The notes: generated by a model not told the origin, from the sequence alone. 64,000 nucleotides of DNA from Nanoarchaeota archaeon SCGC AAA011-D5 (GCA_000405225.1 ASMP01000001.1:69191-133190); one strand, 5' to 3'. Positions 19,774 to 28,264 are shown, numbered from the stretch's first letter. Translations and numbers: made by a program.

Positions 19774-20343
19774 ATGAAAAAAACCTGCGGGTGGCCTGGC
19801 TCTGATTCTGACATGATTGAGTACCACGACAGGGAATGGGGAACTCCTTGCCATGATGACAAGAGGCTTTTCGAATACCTTCTTCTTGATACATTCCAGG
19901 CAGGGTTGAGCTGGAGGACAATCCTCAAAAAAAGGGCGAATTTTGCAAAAGCTTTCCATGGTTTTAATGCAGAAAAAATTTCTAAGTACACAGAAAAAGA
20001 TTTCAAGAGGCTTATGAATGACGAGGGAATAATAAGAAACAGGCTCAAGATTCTCGGAACCATAGAAAACGCGAAAAGATTCCTTGAAATTCAGAAAGAA
20101 TTCGGAAGCTTTGATAAGTATATATGGCAGTTTACAGGACATAAAACAATAAAAAATAAATTCAAAGAGCTGAAAGAACTGCCTGCAAAAACAAAGGAAT
20201 CAGATGTAATGAGCAAAGATATGAAAGAAAGGGGTTTTAAGTTTGTGGGCTCGACAATATGCTATGCATTCATGCAGGGGACAGGAATGGTTAATGACCA
20301 TATTCTAGACTGTTTCAGATATAGCGAGGTTCAGAGGATTTAA
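19774..20343 (+). CDS. tag: DNA-3-methyladenine glycosylase I
   Basis: CGWPGSDSDMIEYHDREWGTPCHDDKRLFEYLLLDTFQAGLSW matches Tag including zinc-snap cysteines. Confidence 0.85.
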   Translation: MKKTCGWPGSDSDMIEYHDREWGTPCHDDKRLFEYLLLDTFQAGLSWRTILKKRANFAKAFHGFNAEKISKYTEKDFKRLMNDEGIIRNRLKILGTIENAKRFLEIQKEFGSFDKYIWQFTGHKTIKNKFKELKELPAKTKESDVMSKDMKERGFKFVGSTICYAFMQGTGMVNDHILDCFRYSEVQRI

Positions 20344-20407
20344 AGAATATAAAAACATCAAATCGCAAAATTTATAAACATTATAATTCATTATAAAATA
20401 TAATAAA

Positions 20408-20653
20408 ATGGTGCAGAACATAATTGATTTGGGTGAAAATGAAGACAGGATACTAAACATAGTGAAAGCCAAACACGGCCTTAAAAACAAATCCCAGGCA
20501 ATAGCAATGCTAGCCAAAGTCTACGAGGACAGTTTTCTTGAGCCTGAATTGAGGCCGAAATATATAGATAAATTAAAGAAAATTGAGAAAGAAGGATATG
20601 GTAAAACCTTTAAATCTATTGAAGAGTTGAGAAGAATAATAGAGAAAAGGTAA
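20408..20653 (+). CDS. putative antitoxin of a RelE/ParE-type TA pair
   Basis: 81 aa, 1 nt upstream of the toxin. Paralog of 51308-51598 (shared KxKYGLKxKSxAL core). Confidence 0.5.
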   Translation: MVQNIIDLGENEDRILNIVKAKHGLKNKSQAIAMLAKVYEDSFLEPELRPKYIDKLKKIEKEGYGKTFKSIEELRRIIEKR

Positions 20654-20654
20654 A

Positions 20655-20930
20655 ATGCCTAGGCAATATAAGACAAGCAAGAATTTTGATAGAATTCTTG
20701 ATAAGTTGAGGAAAAAAGACAAGATTGCCTTTGAAAGTCTCCTTAAAAAAATGGATGAAATCTTAAATATATCAAATGTAGAGCATTATAAAAATTTGAG
20801 ATATTCTTTAAAAGATTTTAAAAGAGCCCATGTTGGTTCTTTTGTCCTTGTTTTTAGGTATGACAAAAAAAATGACATAATCTTTTTTACAGATTTTGAC
20901 CATCATGATAATATTTATAAGAAAATCTAA
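20655..20930 (+). CDS. RelE/ParE-family toxin
   Basis: 91 aa. FKRAHVGSFVLVFRYDKKNDIIFFTDFDHHDNIYKKI matches the RelE/ParE C-terminal core. Paralog at 51599-51889. Confidence 0.65.
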   Translation: MPRQYKTSKNFDRILDKLRKKDKIAFESLLKKMDEILNISNVEHYKNLRYSLKDFKRAHVGSFVLVFRYDKKNDIIFFTDFDHHDNIYKKI

Positions 20931-20934
20931 CCCT

Positions 20935-21004
20935 TATTTTTGTTACTTCTTTAAAAGAACAACAAAATAGAAACATTTATAAATATCAGATTTCTAGGAA
21001 AAAT
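20935..21004 (+). promoter_or_regulatory. conserved promoter module, copy 2 (upstream of DGR target 1)
   Basis: TTGTTACTTCTTTAAAAGAACAA palindrome, then AAATAGAAACATTTATAAATA (BRE/TATA) about 25 nt from the ATG. Confidence 0.5.
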
Positions 21005-21886
21005 ATGGAAACAAAGACAAAATCAACATTCAAAGGAAAGCCTTTAATTGAAATTCCAGCATTTATACCCCAAATTGGTTTTCTAGAAGGAGATTTTGGT
21101 AGAGCTTTTCTTGAAGAACATCAGGGAAGAGCGGGCTCTGATTATAATGGCAATTCTGCACTGAATGTTCTTGGATATAATGGAAATGTAGTTACAGGGT
21201 CAAATCCATTTTCCGTAGTTCTTGCAAACCAAATTCTTAAACAAGAAGGCCTAAGAACAGCTTCCCAAGCTGACTTAGAAACAGCTATGAGAATTGGGGC
21301 TATGAATTTCAGAGGAACATATGAAGACACAGCTTTAGTTTTGAGAACAGAAGATGATAAAGACTATTCAAGAAACACTCCTTTAGCTAGAGACTTAGGA
21401 AGACAACTTAAAGAAAGAGGAGTAAAGTTCGGAGCTAAAAGTCCACTAATTATTCCTTTGACTGACTTAGATCTTCAAAAAGCAGAAAATGATTATGGTT
21501 TGACATTCAAATTAAGAGAAGATGCAGAAGTTTATGAAGCACCTATTTTAACAAAAGAAGGAAAATTCAATTCAGAAGATATTGATGAAAGAACAGGATT
21601 GCCAAAACAAGTTAAAGGTGGAAATAGAACTCTTTACTCTAGAAATTCTGGGCTTTCCGGGTTGTTCTTGGGCCTCGGCCTGGGCCTGGGCTCGGGCAAC
21701 TGGGGCTTGGACTACTCCAGTGTGGATGGCAGGGTGGTTCTTGTTAGCGCCGCAGGCGCGCGCGCCGATTTTGACCAAAGGCTGACAGGACTTGAAACTC
21801 AAAGACAAGAAGCACATCAGACATATCTTGCTAAATTATCTCAATTAATAGAGAGTATAGACAGTGAACTTAAGAGATCAAAGTAA
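21005..21886 (+). CDS. DGR variable (target) protein 1, carries VR1 near C-terminus
   Basis: 293 aa. C-terminal SGLSGLFLGLGLGLGSGNWGLDYSSVDGRVV is encoded by a sequence matching the TR at every non-adenine position. Paralog of 38429-39199. Confidence 0.7.
   Translation: METKTKSTFKGKPLIEIPAFIPQIGFLEGDFGRAFLEEHQGRAGSDYNGNSALNVLGYNGNVVTGSNPFSVVLANQILKQEGLRTASQADLETAMRIGAMNFRGTYEDTALVLRTEDDKDYSRNTPLARDLGRQLKERGVKFGAKSPLIIPLTDLDLQKAENDYGLTFKLREDAEVYEAPILTKEGKFNSEDIDERTGLPKQVKGGNRTLYSRNSGLSGLFLGLGLGLGSGNWGLDYSSVDGRVVLVSAAGARADFDQRLTGLETQRQEAHQTYLAKLSQLIESIDSELKRSK
21652..21737 (+). repeat. DGR variable repeat VR1
   Basis: About 86 nt aligned to TR 22081-22166. Roughly 22 mismatches, all at TR adenine positions (AAC codons changed to GGC/CTC/TAC etc.). 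Confidence 0.75.
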
Positions 21887-22080
21887 TCTGTTAAATTTAT
21901 AAAATATTTTTTCTTTATAAGATTCCTAGCCAATTTTGCTTAAGGGCAGAGGGCTGGGCCACAAGCCGATTAATAGAGCTTATTCAATTAGGCCATAAAA
22001 TTCAGCTTCGACAACTAGTAAATATGAAAATATTGAAAATTGAAGAAGCGGTGATTTACTTTCAATTAATTGGCTATATT

Positions 22081-22166
22081 GCTTTCCAGGTTGTACTTGA
22101 ACAACGACCTGAACCTGAACTCGAACAACAGGAACTTGGACAACTCCAATGAGAATGGCAGAATGG
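22081..22166 (+). repeat. DGR template repeat (TR)
   Basis: AAC/AAT-rich (CTTGAACAACGACCTGAACCTGAACTCGAACAACAGGAAC...). Lies between the target gene and the RT. Identical to VR1 and VR2 except at adenines. Confidence 0.75.
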
Positions 22167-22194
22167 CTCAGATGGCTAGGATACTCATAATAAT

Positions 22195-23245
22195 ATGCGA
22201 TCTCATGATAACCTTTATCCTAAAATTTATTCTGTAGTAAACCTTGTCTTAGCTTGGAAGAAGGCTAGAAAGGGAAAAACTCGAAGAGATTATGTGATAG
22301 ACTTTGAACTAGAGTTAGGAAAAAACCTGAAGGCTTTGCATGAGGAACTAAAGAATAAGACTTACAGGCCAGGCCCATTAAAAACGTTCATCTTGAGAGA
22401 CCCAAAGACAAGAAAAATCTCGAAATCAGAATTTAGGGATAGGGTAGTTCATCATGCTTTAGTAAGAATGATTGAGCCAATTTTTGACAAAACATTTATT
22501 CATGATTCTTATGCAAACAGAAAAGGCAAAGGCAACCTGTTTGCTGTTGAAAGATTCTATAAATTCATCAGAAAAGTTTCACGAAATGGAAAAACTAAAG
22601 GATGGTTTAATAATAATCAGATAAAAGGATATTGCCTTAAAGCAGACATAAAGCATTATTTCCAAGAAGTTGACCATGAAATTCTATTAAGAATCATAAA
22701 AAAGAAAATAAAAGATAAAGATGTTATCTGGCTTATTGAAAGAATTTTGGAGAATAACGTTCATGATAATCCAAATGGCAAGGGAATGCCTCTTGGAAAT
22801 CTGACAAGCCAATTCTTTGCAAATGTTTATTTGCATGAGTTAGACAAATTTGTGAAACATAAGTTAAGAGCAAAATTTTACATAAGATATGTTGACGATT
22901 TTGTCTTGCTAAATTCATCAAGAGAAAAACTGCTAAGCTGGGGGGGGGGCGATAGAAGATTTTTTAGTTAAAAACCTAAAAATAGAACTTCATAAAGAAA
23001 AATCCAAAATTATCTCTCTTTCAAAAGGAATAGATTTTGTCGGCTTCAGGAATTTTTATCATTTCAGGCTTTTGAGGAAAAGAAACATCAGAAAAATGAT
23101 TTTTAATGTTAAAAAATATAAAAATAGGGAAATAAACAAGGAAAATCTTCTTGAAAGCTTTCAAGGCTGGAATGCCTATGCAAAATGGGCAGATAGTTTT
23201 GAATTAAGAAAAAATATTGTGAAAGAAATTTATAGTATAAAGTAG
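22195..23245 (+). CDS. DGR reverse transcriptase. Reading frame broken at a G10 run (22940-22949). Annotated ORF 22195-22971 plus in-phase continuation to 23245
   Basis: SYANRKGKG, LKADIKHYFQEVDH, the DGR-specific motif-4 variant MPLGNLTSQFFANVYL (xGxxxSQ instead of QGxxxSP), catalytic IRYVDDFVLL. After a +1 shift the frame continues IEDFLVKNLKIELHKEKS...GIDFVGF...FQGWNAYAKWADS. Confidence 0.85.
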
Positions 23246-23248
23246 AAT

Positions 23249-24973
23249 CTAACCGTATCTCCAGCTTCTTTTTTGTGATTTGAAATCCTTTTTTACGTCT
23301 TCAAGAGTGGAAGCGTCAGAAGGAGATTTGTCTGGGCGTAGGGCAGTAAATCTTGGAAATCTTAAAGCAAAGCCAGAGTTATAATTCGGGGAATGCTGTA
23401 TTTCCTGGTAGTTAACAGAAATAACAATTTTTGGCTTTATTTTTACAGACTTGCCTTTTTCTTCGATGATGTATGGCTTTAATTTTTCTGTTAGTTCCTT
23501 AAAGGAAATTCCTATCTTAGATTCTTCTGTGGATTTTTCCTTTATCCCTGTTCCCATTTTTCCAATTTCCAAAAACTTTCCTGTTTTCTCATCTTTGCAG
23601 GAAAGAATAAAGCTTGAGAGCCATCCATGCCTTTTTCCTGTTCCGTATTCTGCTCCTGTAATTACAAGGTCGAGGTCTCTTGTCTCTGGCTTGACTTTCA
23701 GCATGTGGCCGACTCTGCTTCCCGGCTGGTATTCTTTTTTCAGATTCTTGAACATAACTCCTTCCTGCCTGTCTCTTAAGGCTTTCTTGTAAAATTCCCC
23801 TGCTTTTTTTTCGTCAGAGGTGATTATCTGTTTCGCATGAATTATTTTATAAGGATGGCCACTTATCACATTCTTTATCAAGGCTGTCCTTTTTTCAAAA
23901 GGCTCATTCAAAAGAGATTTTCCTTCATAATAAAGGATGTCAAACACATTTATTTCTACAGGAAGTTCTTCCTGCAGTTTTTCTATGTCATATTTTCTTC
24001 TTATTCTCTGGCTTATTTCCTGGAAAGGTCTGTATTCCTTGGTTTTCCTGTCAAAGCCAACAGCTTCTGAATCCAAAATGAAACTGTCGCCTTTAACATA
24101 TTTTTTTGTATAATCTATCACCTCTGGAAATTGCTTTGTCACGTTTTCAAGGCGCCTTGTGAACAGAGTTATCTGGTTTCCTTTTTTGTGAATCACAAGC
24201 CTGAAACCGTCATATTTATACTCAATTGCGCATGGCTTGCCTACAGTCTCAAAGGCCTCATGAATATTTTCTGCTTTCTGAGCAAGCATGACTTTTACAG
24301 GTTTTCCTACTTGAAGGTGTATTTTTTCAAGTTCGCTGATTTTTCCATCTCTGACAATGTCAAAAACAGCTGCAAGGTCATTTGATTTATCTATGGCATC
24401 CTGAATTTTTTTTAGATTTTCCTTTTCAGGGTCAGAAAAAAACGCAACAGCCATAGCATCTCTGATGGTGCTTTCCTTTAATCCAATCCTCAGGTCTCCG
24501 ATAATGGTTCTTACAAGATAAAGCGCTTCAAGCGGGGGAGCAGAAGTCAAGAGTTCTGTTATCAGAGCGAGTTTTTTTCCTACTGTGCCCTTTCCTTCTA
24601 ATTCAGGAAGCTTCCTCAGATTTTCAAGAACCTTTTCCGTTGTAAGAACATGCCTGTGTAATGTTGCCTGTTTCTTTTTCGCAGTAAGCTTTTCTGCAAC
24701 TTTTCCCAAATCACCGATTTCTTTCCATTCGTGAACAACGGTTTTTTCATCAACTCCTATGGCTTTTGAAATAGCCTTAATCGCAAGCTGATTGCTTATT
24801 CCTATTTTTCTTTCATCATACTCTGGATAGATGTCTCCTAGCAGAAGATAAAGGACGTCCCTGTCTTTTTCATCCAAATTTTTCAAAAACTTAGCAAGTA
24901 TTGCGGTTTTTTCCAACCTTTTTGTAGTGCTACTGGCTTCGTTATAAAATTCTGCCAATTGCTGATATTTCAT
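23249..24973 (-). CDS. lig: ATP-dependent DNA ligase
   Basis: 574 aa. Adenylation motif KYDGFR region (EYKYDGFRLVIH), EGVMFK motif IV-like, OB domain. Confidence 0.9.
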   Translation of the reverse strand: MKYQQLAEFYNEASSTTKRLEKTAILAKFLKNLDEKDRDVLYLLLGDIYPEYDERKIGISNQLAIKAISKAIGVDEKTVVHEWKEIGDLGKVAEKLTAKKKQATLHRHVLTTEKVLENLRKLPELEGKGTVGKKLALITELLTSAPPLEALYLVRTIIGDLRIGLKESTIRDAMAVAFFSDPEKENLKKIQDAIDKSNDLAAVFDIVRDGKISELEKIHLQVGKPVKVMLAQKAENIHEAFETVGKPCAIEYKYDGFRLVIHKKGNQITLFTRRLENVTKQFPEVIDYTKKYVKGDSFILDSEAVGFDRKTKEYRPFQEISQRIRRKYDIEKLQEELPVEINVFDILYYEGKSLLNEPFEKRTALIKNVISGHPYKIIHAKQIITSDEKKAGEFYKKALRDRQEGVMFKNLKKEYQPGSRVGHMLKVKPETRDLDLVITGAEYGTGKRHGWLSSFILSCKDEKTGKFLEIGKMGTGIKEKSTEESKIGISFKELTEKLKPYIIEEKGKSVKIKPKIVISVNYQEIQHSPNYNSGFALRFPRFTALRPDKSPSDASTLEDVKKDFKSQKRSWRYG

Positions 24974-25065
24974 GGAATCAACCCCATTTTATTTCATAAG
25001 AACCAGAGATATTTAAGGTTGTTTATCACATAAATATTTTTATATAAAAACAGGCTATATTAAAT

Positions 25066-25347
25066 ATGAATCGCCGTATTATTTTCACAAAAGAGGGAAT
25101 AAACCTTTTAGAAAAAATACTTATTGATGAATTTATAAGAAATCCTGAAAAGGTAGAAGAAGCAACTAAAGCTCTTGGTCTTGAATTAATACCTATGATT
25201 CAGAGACATCTAAAGAGATATACCGAAATTGAAGAAGATATTTTGAGAATTAGGGCTGGAATGGAACCACAATATAATCCTGTAGAATATTACAATGGTA
25301 AAAAGCAAAAAATATATTCTATAAATCAAACATTACTGATAATATAA
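25066..25347 (+). CDS. hypothetical protein
   Basis: 93-aa ORF. Confidence 0.3.
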   Translation: MNRRIIFTKEGINLLEKILIDEFIRNPEKVEEATKALGLELIPMIQRHLKRYTEIEEDILRIRAGMEPQYNPVEYYNGKKQKIYSINQTLLII

Positions 25348-26185
25348 TTACCCCGATTAAAATAGATATTGCTCCTATAATCTGTTTTAAAGTCATTTTT
25401 TCTTTTAAGTAAATTCTTCCCAAAAATACCGAAACTACAACGCTTGAGGCAACAATTGGGGCTATTACTGAAACATTAGTTGACTTTAAGGCTAAAAGAT
25501 AAAATGTAAAAGCAAGACCATCAAAGATACCGGATGCAATTCCTGTTCTTATTGCCTTTTTATTCGGCCTGAAAAATCTTTCTTTCATTAAATATTTGTA
25601 CAAAAAAATTGCTGGTAAAATTAAACCTCCTAAGTAAATTATAGCGTTAGCTTCCCCTATCCTTTCTACTATAACTTTCTCTAAGGGGACAGTAATTCCT
25701 ATAAAAATCACAGAAAGCAATTCATAGCCACTGCCTGAAATGAACCTTATTCCCTTTATTTTTTTAAAGTTAGCTGAGATTAAAAATGCACCAAGCAAGA
25801 CTAAAATAACAGAAAAGATATTAATAAAACTAAGTTTTTCCCCAAGAAATACTATTGCTATCATAATTGAAACTATTATCCAACTTTCGTCTAACGAGGA
25901 AATTAAAGATAATTTTTGCTTGCCTAGTGCTTTATAGAAAAAAAGATAACCCAAAAATGTAGTAATGACAGCAAAAATCACCCATATCAAATCATTTAAT
26001 GGGATCAGAGTTATTTTCCCTATAAATACAATAACTATCACAAACTGCAATATCACTCCTGTAATGGTATTTATCAAGAGAGTTGTGAGTGTTCTTACCC
26101 TTGCTATTGTTTTCTTTAGAAATAATTCTTCAAAGCCCCATAAAACCATTGCTAAAAGGGAAAATAGAAGACCAATAAAAGCCAT
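25319..26185 (-). CDS. EamA/DMT-family transporter
   Basis: About 10 predicted TM helices in two repeated halves. Confidence 0.55.
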   Translation of the reverse strand: MAFIGLLFSLLAMVLWGFEELFLKKTIARVRTLTTLLINTITGVILQFVIVIVFIGKITLIPLNDLIWVIFAVITTFLGYLFFYKALGKQKLSLISSLDESWIIVSIMIAIVFLGEKLSFINIFSVILVLLGAFLISANFKKIKGIRFISGSGYELLSVIFIGITVPLEKVIVERIGEANAIIYLGGLILPAIFLYKYLMKERFFRPNKKAIRTGIASGIFDGLAFTFYLLALKSTNVSVIAPIVASSVVVSVFLGRIYLKEKMTLKQIIGAISILIGVIILSVMFDL

Positions 26186-26209
26186 AAAATAATTCGGAAA
26201 GAATAGTAT

Positions 26210-26740
26210 TTAACCATTACGAAGACTTTTTATTTCCTTTTCTGACAAGGCAAGAGAATCAAAAACTTCTTTTGGTATTAGGTAAAATTGTACTGGAACA
26301 ATTAACAAATGCCCACTTTTAGGTTTTTTTAATTCACTAAAAGAGTGATTCCCTCCTAAAACATAAGCATTGGAAAGTCCAGGCCCTCCACTACAAGCTT
26401 CCAACATAGCGTGTATATAATGCGGTTCTGCCCTACTAAAATAATCTACACCCAAAACTAATGCAGCTTCTTCTAATTTCAAAAGTCCACTTATATCTTT
26501 TCTACTACCCATATCTTTATTTATGTAATATGGCCTGCCTATTCTTCTTTCGTCCTTATGGGGATCTTCTACATCTGCGACCATCATCGCGTGGGGCATC
26601 CCTATCGAATCTACCTTAACAATTCTATCTCTTCCATCAACAAACATACAAATATTTCCTTTGAAAGCAGGAATAAGTCTTCTTTTAATGTTTTGGTTCA
26701 AGAGAATCAATTTATCTAATTCCATTAATTTACCTAACAA
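26210..26740 (-). CDS. hypothetical protein
   Basis: 176-aa ORF with conserved-looking His/Asp-rich core, not assignable. Confidence 0.4.
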   Translation of the reverse strand: MLGKLMELDKLILLNQNIKRRLIPAFKGNICMFVDGRDRIVKVDSIGMPHAMMVADVEDPHKDERRIGRPYYINKDMGSRKDISGLLKLEEAALVLGVDYFSRAEPHYIHAMLEACSGGPGLSNAYVLGGNHSFSELKKPKSGHLLIVPVQFYLIPKEVFDSLALSEKEIKSLRNG

Positions 26741-26786
26741 TTAATGTTTAAAAGAATTGTTGGGTTATATTGACTGTTTCTAATTA

Positions 26787-27296
26787 CTACAATCCCCTTG
26801 ATTTTTTTCCCGCACTTGTCAGGCCGCGGAAAACTCTTCCCCTGTTTTCGGGTTTTGCAATCCAGGAAATCGTTTTGTCTGCCTTAATTTCAGGCCTTTC
26901 CGGGTCAACGAGGATTACCTCATAAAAATAATAAATCCCATCTTTTCCAAGAAGATAGGAATTCAAAACTTCGAGGTTTGAAAATTTCCGTCCAGCTCTT
27001 TGCTCTGCAATCCATTGATAATTCATTTTCAGATTCTTTCTTGTGTGGAGCCTTTTTCCTCTTCGGCCTTTGTTAGGTCTTGGTCTTCTGTGGCCGCCGC
27101 GCATCAGCCTTACCCTAATGACAACAAAACCTTTCTTATCCTTATAACCGAGAGCCCTTGCTCTGTCTATCCTTAATGGTTTTTCTAGCCTTGTGAATAC
27201 AGGACTTTTTCGCCAGGCAATCATCCTTTCTCTCAGGACTTTTCTGTCTGGTTTTTTCCAGGCCTGTTGCAGATAATGGTACATTCCTTTTGTCAT
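26787..27296 (-). CDS. rpl15e: 50S ribosomal protein L15e
   Basis: MYHYLQQAWKKP...RPNKGRRGKRLHTRKN... is typical of L15e. Confidence 0.85.
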   Translation of the reverse strand: MTKGMYHYLQQAWKKPDRKVLRERMIAWRKSPVFTRLEKPLRIDRARALGYKDKKGFVVIRVRLMRGGHRRPRPNKGRRGKRLHTRKNLKMNYQWIAEQRAGRKFSNLEVLNSYLLGKDGIYYFYEVILVDPERPEIKADKTISWIAKPENRGRVFRGLTSAGKKSRGL

Positions 27297-27337
27297 AATA
27301 AGAATAAGATAGAAAAATGCTTTTTAAATTTGTTGAA

Positions 27338-27411
27338 TGAGCCCGCTCAGATTTGAACTGAGGACTTCCGCCTTATCAGAGCGGCGATCTACCAGGCTGA
27401 TCTACGGGCTC
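27338..27411 (-). tRNA. tRNA-Ile (anticodon GAT), no intron
   Basis: Acceptor GAGCCCG/CGGGCTC, D arm GATC-AGCCTGGTA-GATC, anticodon loop CTGATAA, T arm CTCAG-TTCAAAT-CTGAG, discriminator A. Confidence 0.85.
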
Positions 27412-27452
27412 TTACTCAATAAAAGAATTAGAGGGTTTTATAAGTTTTCTTG

Positions 27453-28139
27453 CTATTCCCTAGAATCTAATTCCAATGTCAGAGTCCCATTAGAAAGATT
27501 GTAGTTGCTGATTGGAAGATTTATTGGGATAATCTTGTAAAAAACCTTTTTTCCTGCAAGGGCCTTGATTTCAATGCTGTTTTCCAATTGGATTATGGAT
27601 ATATCTTCTGGCGACTTAACTCCGGGCATTTTTATTTCATACACAACTCTGTTTGAAAATCTCCTTATGTCTGTTTTAGGTTCTGTCTTTGGAAATCCCG
27701 AGAATTTTCTGGAATCTGGATTTGGCAGTTCGATGGTCTTTGTTTTGTCTTTTATCTGATTTTCTCTCCTTTTGAATTCAGGGACATTACCAAAACTTCT
27801 GACCTTTATCTGTGGAGGCCTGCCCCCTGAAGTGCTTATAGAGATGCTTATTCCTCCGCTTTTCTTTGAAACTTTCTGCTCTTTACTTTTGTTCCCTTTT
27901 TCCTGATCAATATCTTTCATCTGCTTATTCAGGTTTTTTATGAGAGAATTAAACAAAGCGTTTAATCCCATGGGGAGCTTTATTTCGCCTTCCATTGGTT
28001 CCAGAAAATCATTCCTGCCTAAAAGTCCCCAGTCCTCTTTCTCAAACAGGTCTTTTAAGGGTGCCTGACAGTAAGGACAATAGTTATAACCGCCTTCAAT
28101 CTTTTCTCCGCAATTTCTGCATCTTTTTTTGCCGAACAT
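27453..28139 (-). CDS. zinc-ribbon protein with C-terminal Hsp20/alpha-crystallin-like domain
   Basis: N-terminal CRNCGEK...CPYCQ ribbon. C-terminal about 90 aa follow an ACD pattern (IKMPGVKSPEDISI...NGTLTLEL). Confidence 0.45.
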   Translation of the reverse strand: MFGKKRCRNCGEKIEGGYNYCPYCQAPLKDLFEKEDWGLLGRNDFLEPMEGEIKLPMGLNALFNSLIKNLNKQMKDIDQEKGNKSKEQKVSKKSGGISISISTSGGRPPQIKVRSFGNVPEFKRRENQIKDKTKTIELPNPDSRKFSGFPKTEPKTDIRRFSNRVVYEIKMPGVKSPEDISIIQLENSIEIKALAGKKVFYKIIPINLPISNYNLSNGTLTLELDSRE

Positions 28140-28264
28140 AGAATAGTAAACCCCTCTTTTCTTTAAATAGTTTTCTAGAGTAGGATATAGAAAACTATTT
28201 TTGAAAAAACAGCGATTTTTGATTAAATAGTTTTCTGGTCTCTTGTTGGGTATACTTTAATTTA

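Noticed and set aside
21661-21700. Short GGCCTGGGC / GGCCTCGGC tandem-like repeat (encoding GLGLGLG) that could be taken for a microsatellite or CRISPR-like repeat
   Set aside because: It is the product of A-to-G substitutions of consecutive AAC codons of the DGR template (CTGAACCTGAACTCGAAC). There are no spacers and no regular array. Explained by the variable repeat.
22940-22949. G10 run as a G-quadruplex regulatory element
   Set aside because: A single G-tract cannot form an intramolecular quadruplex, and no additional nearby G-runs are present. Treated as a homopolymer frame-break site instead.
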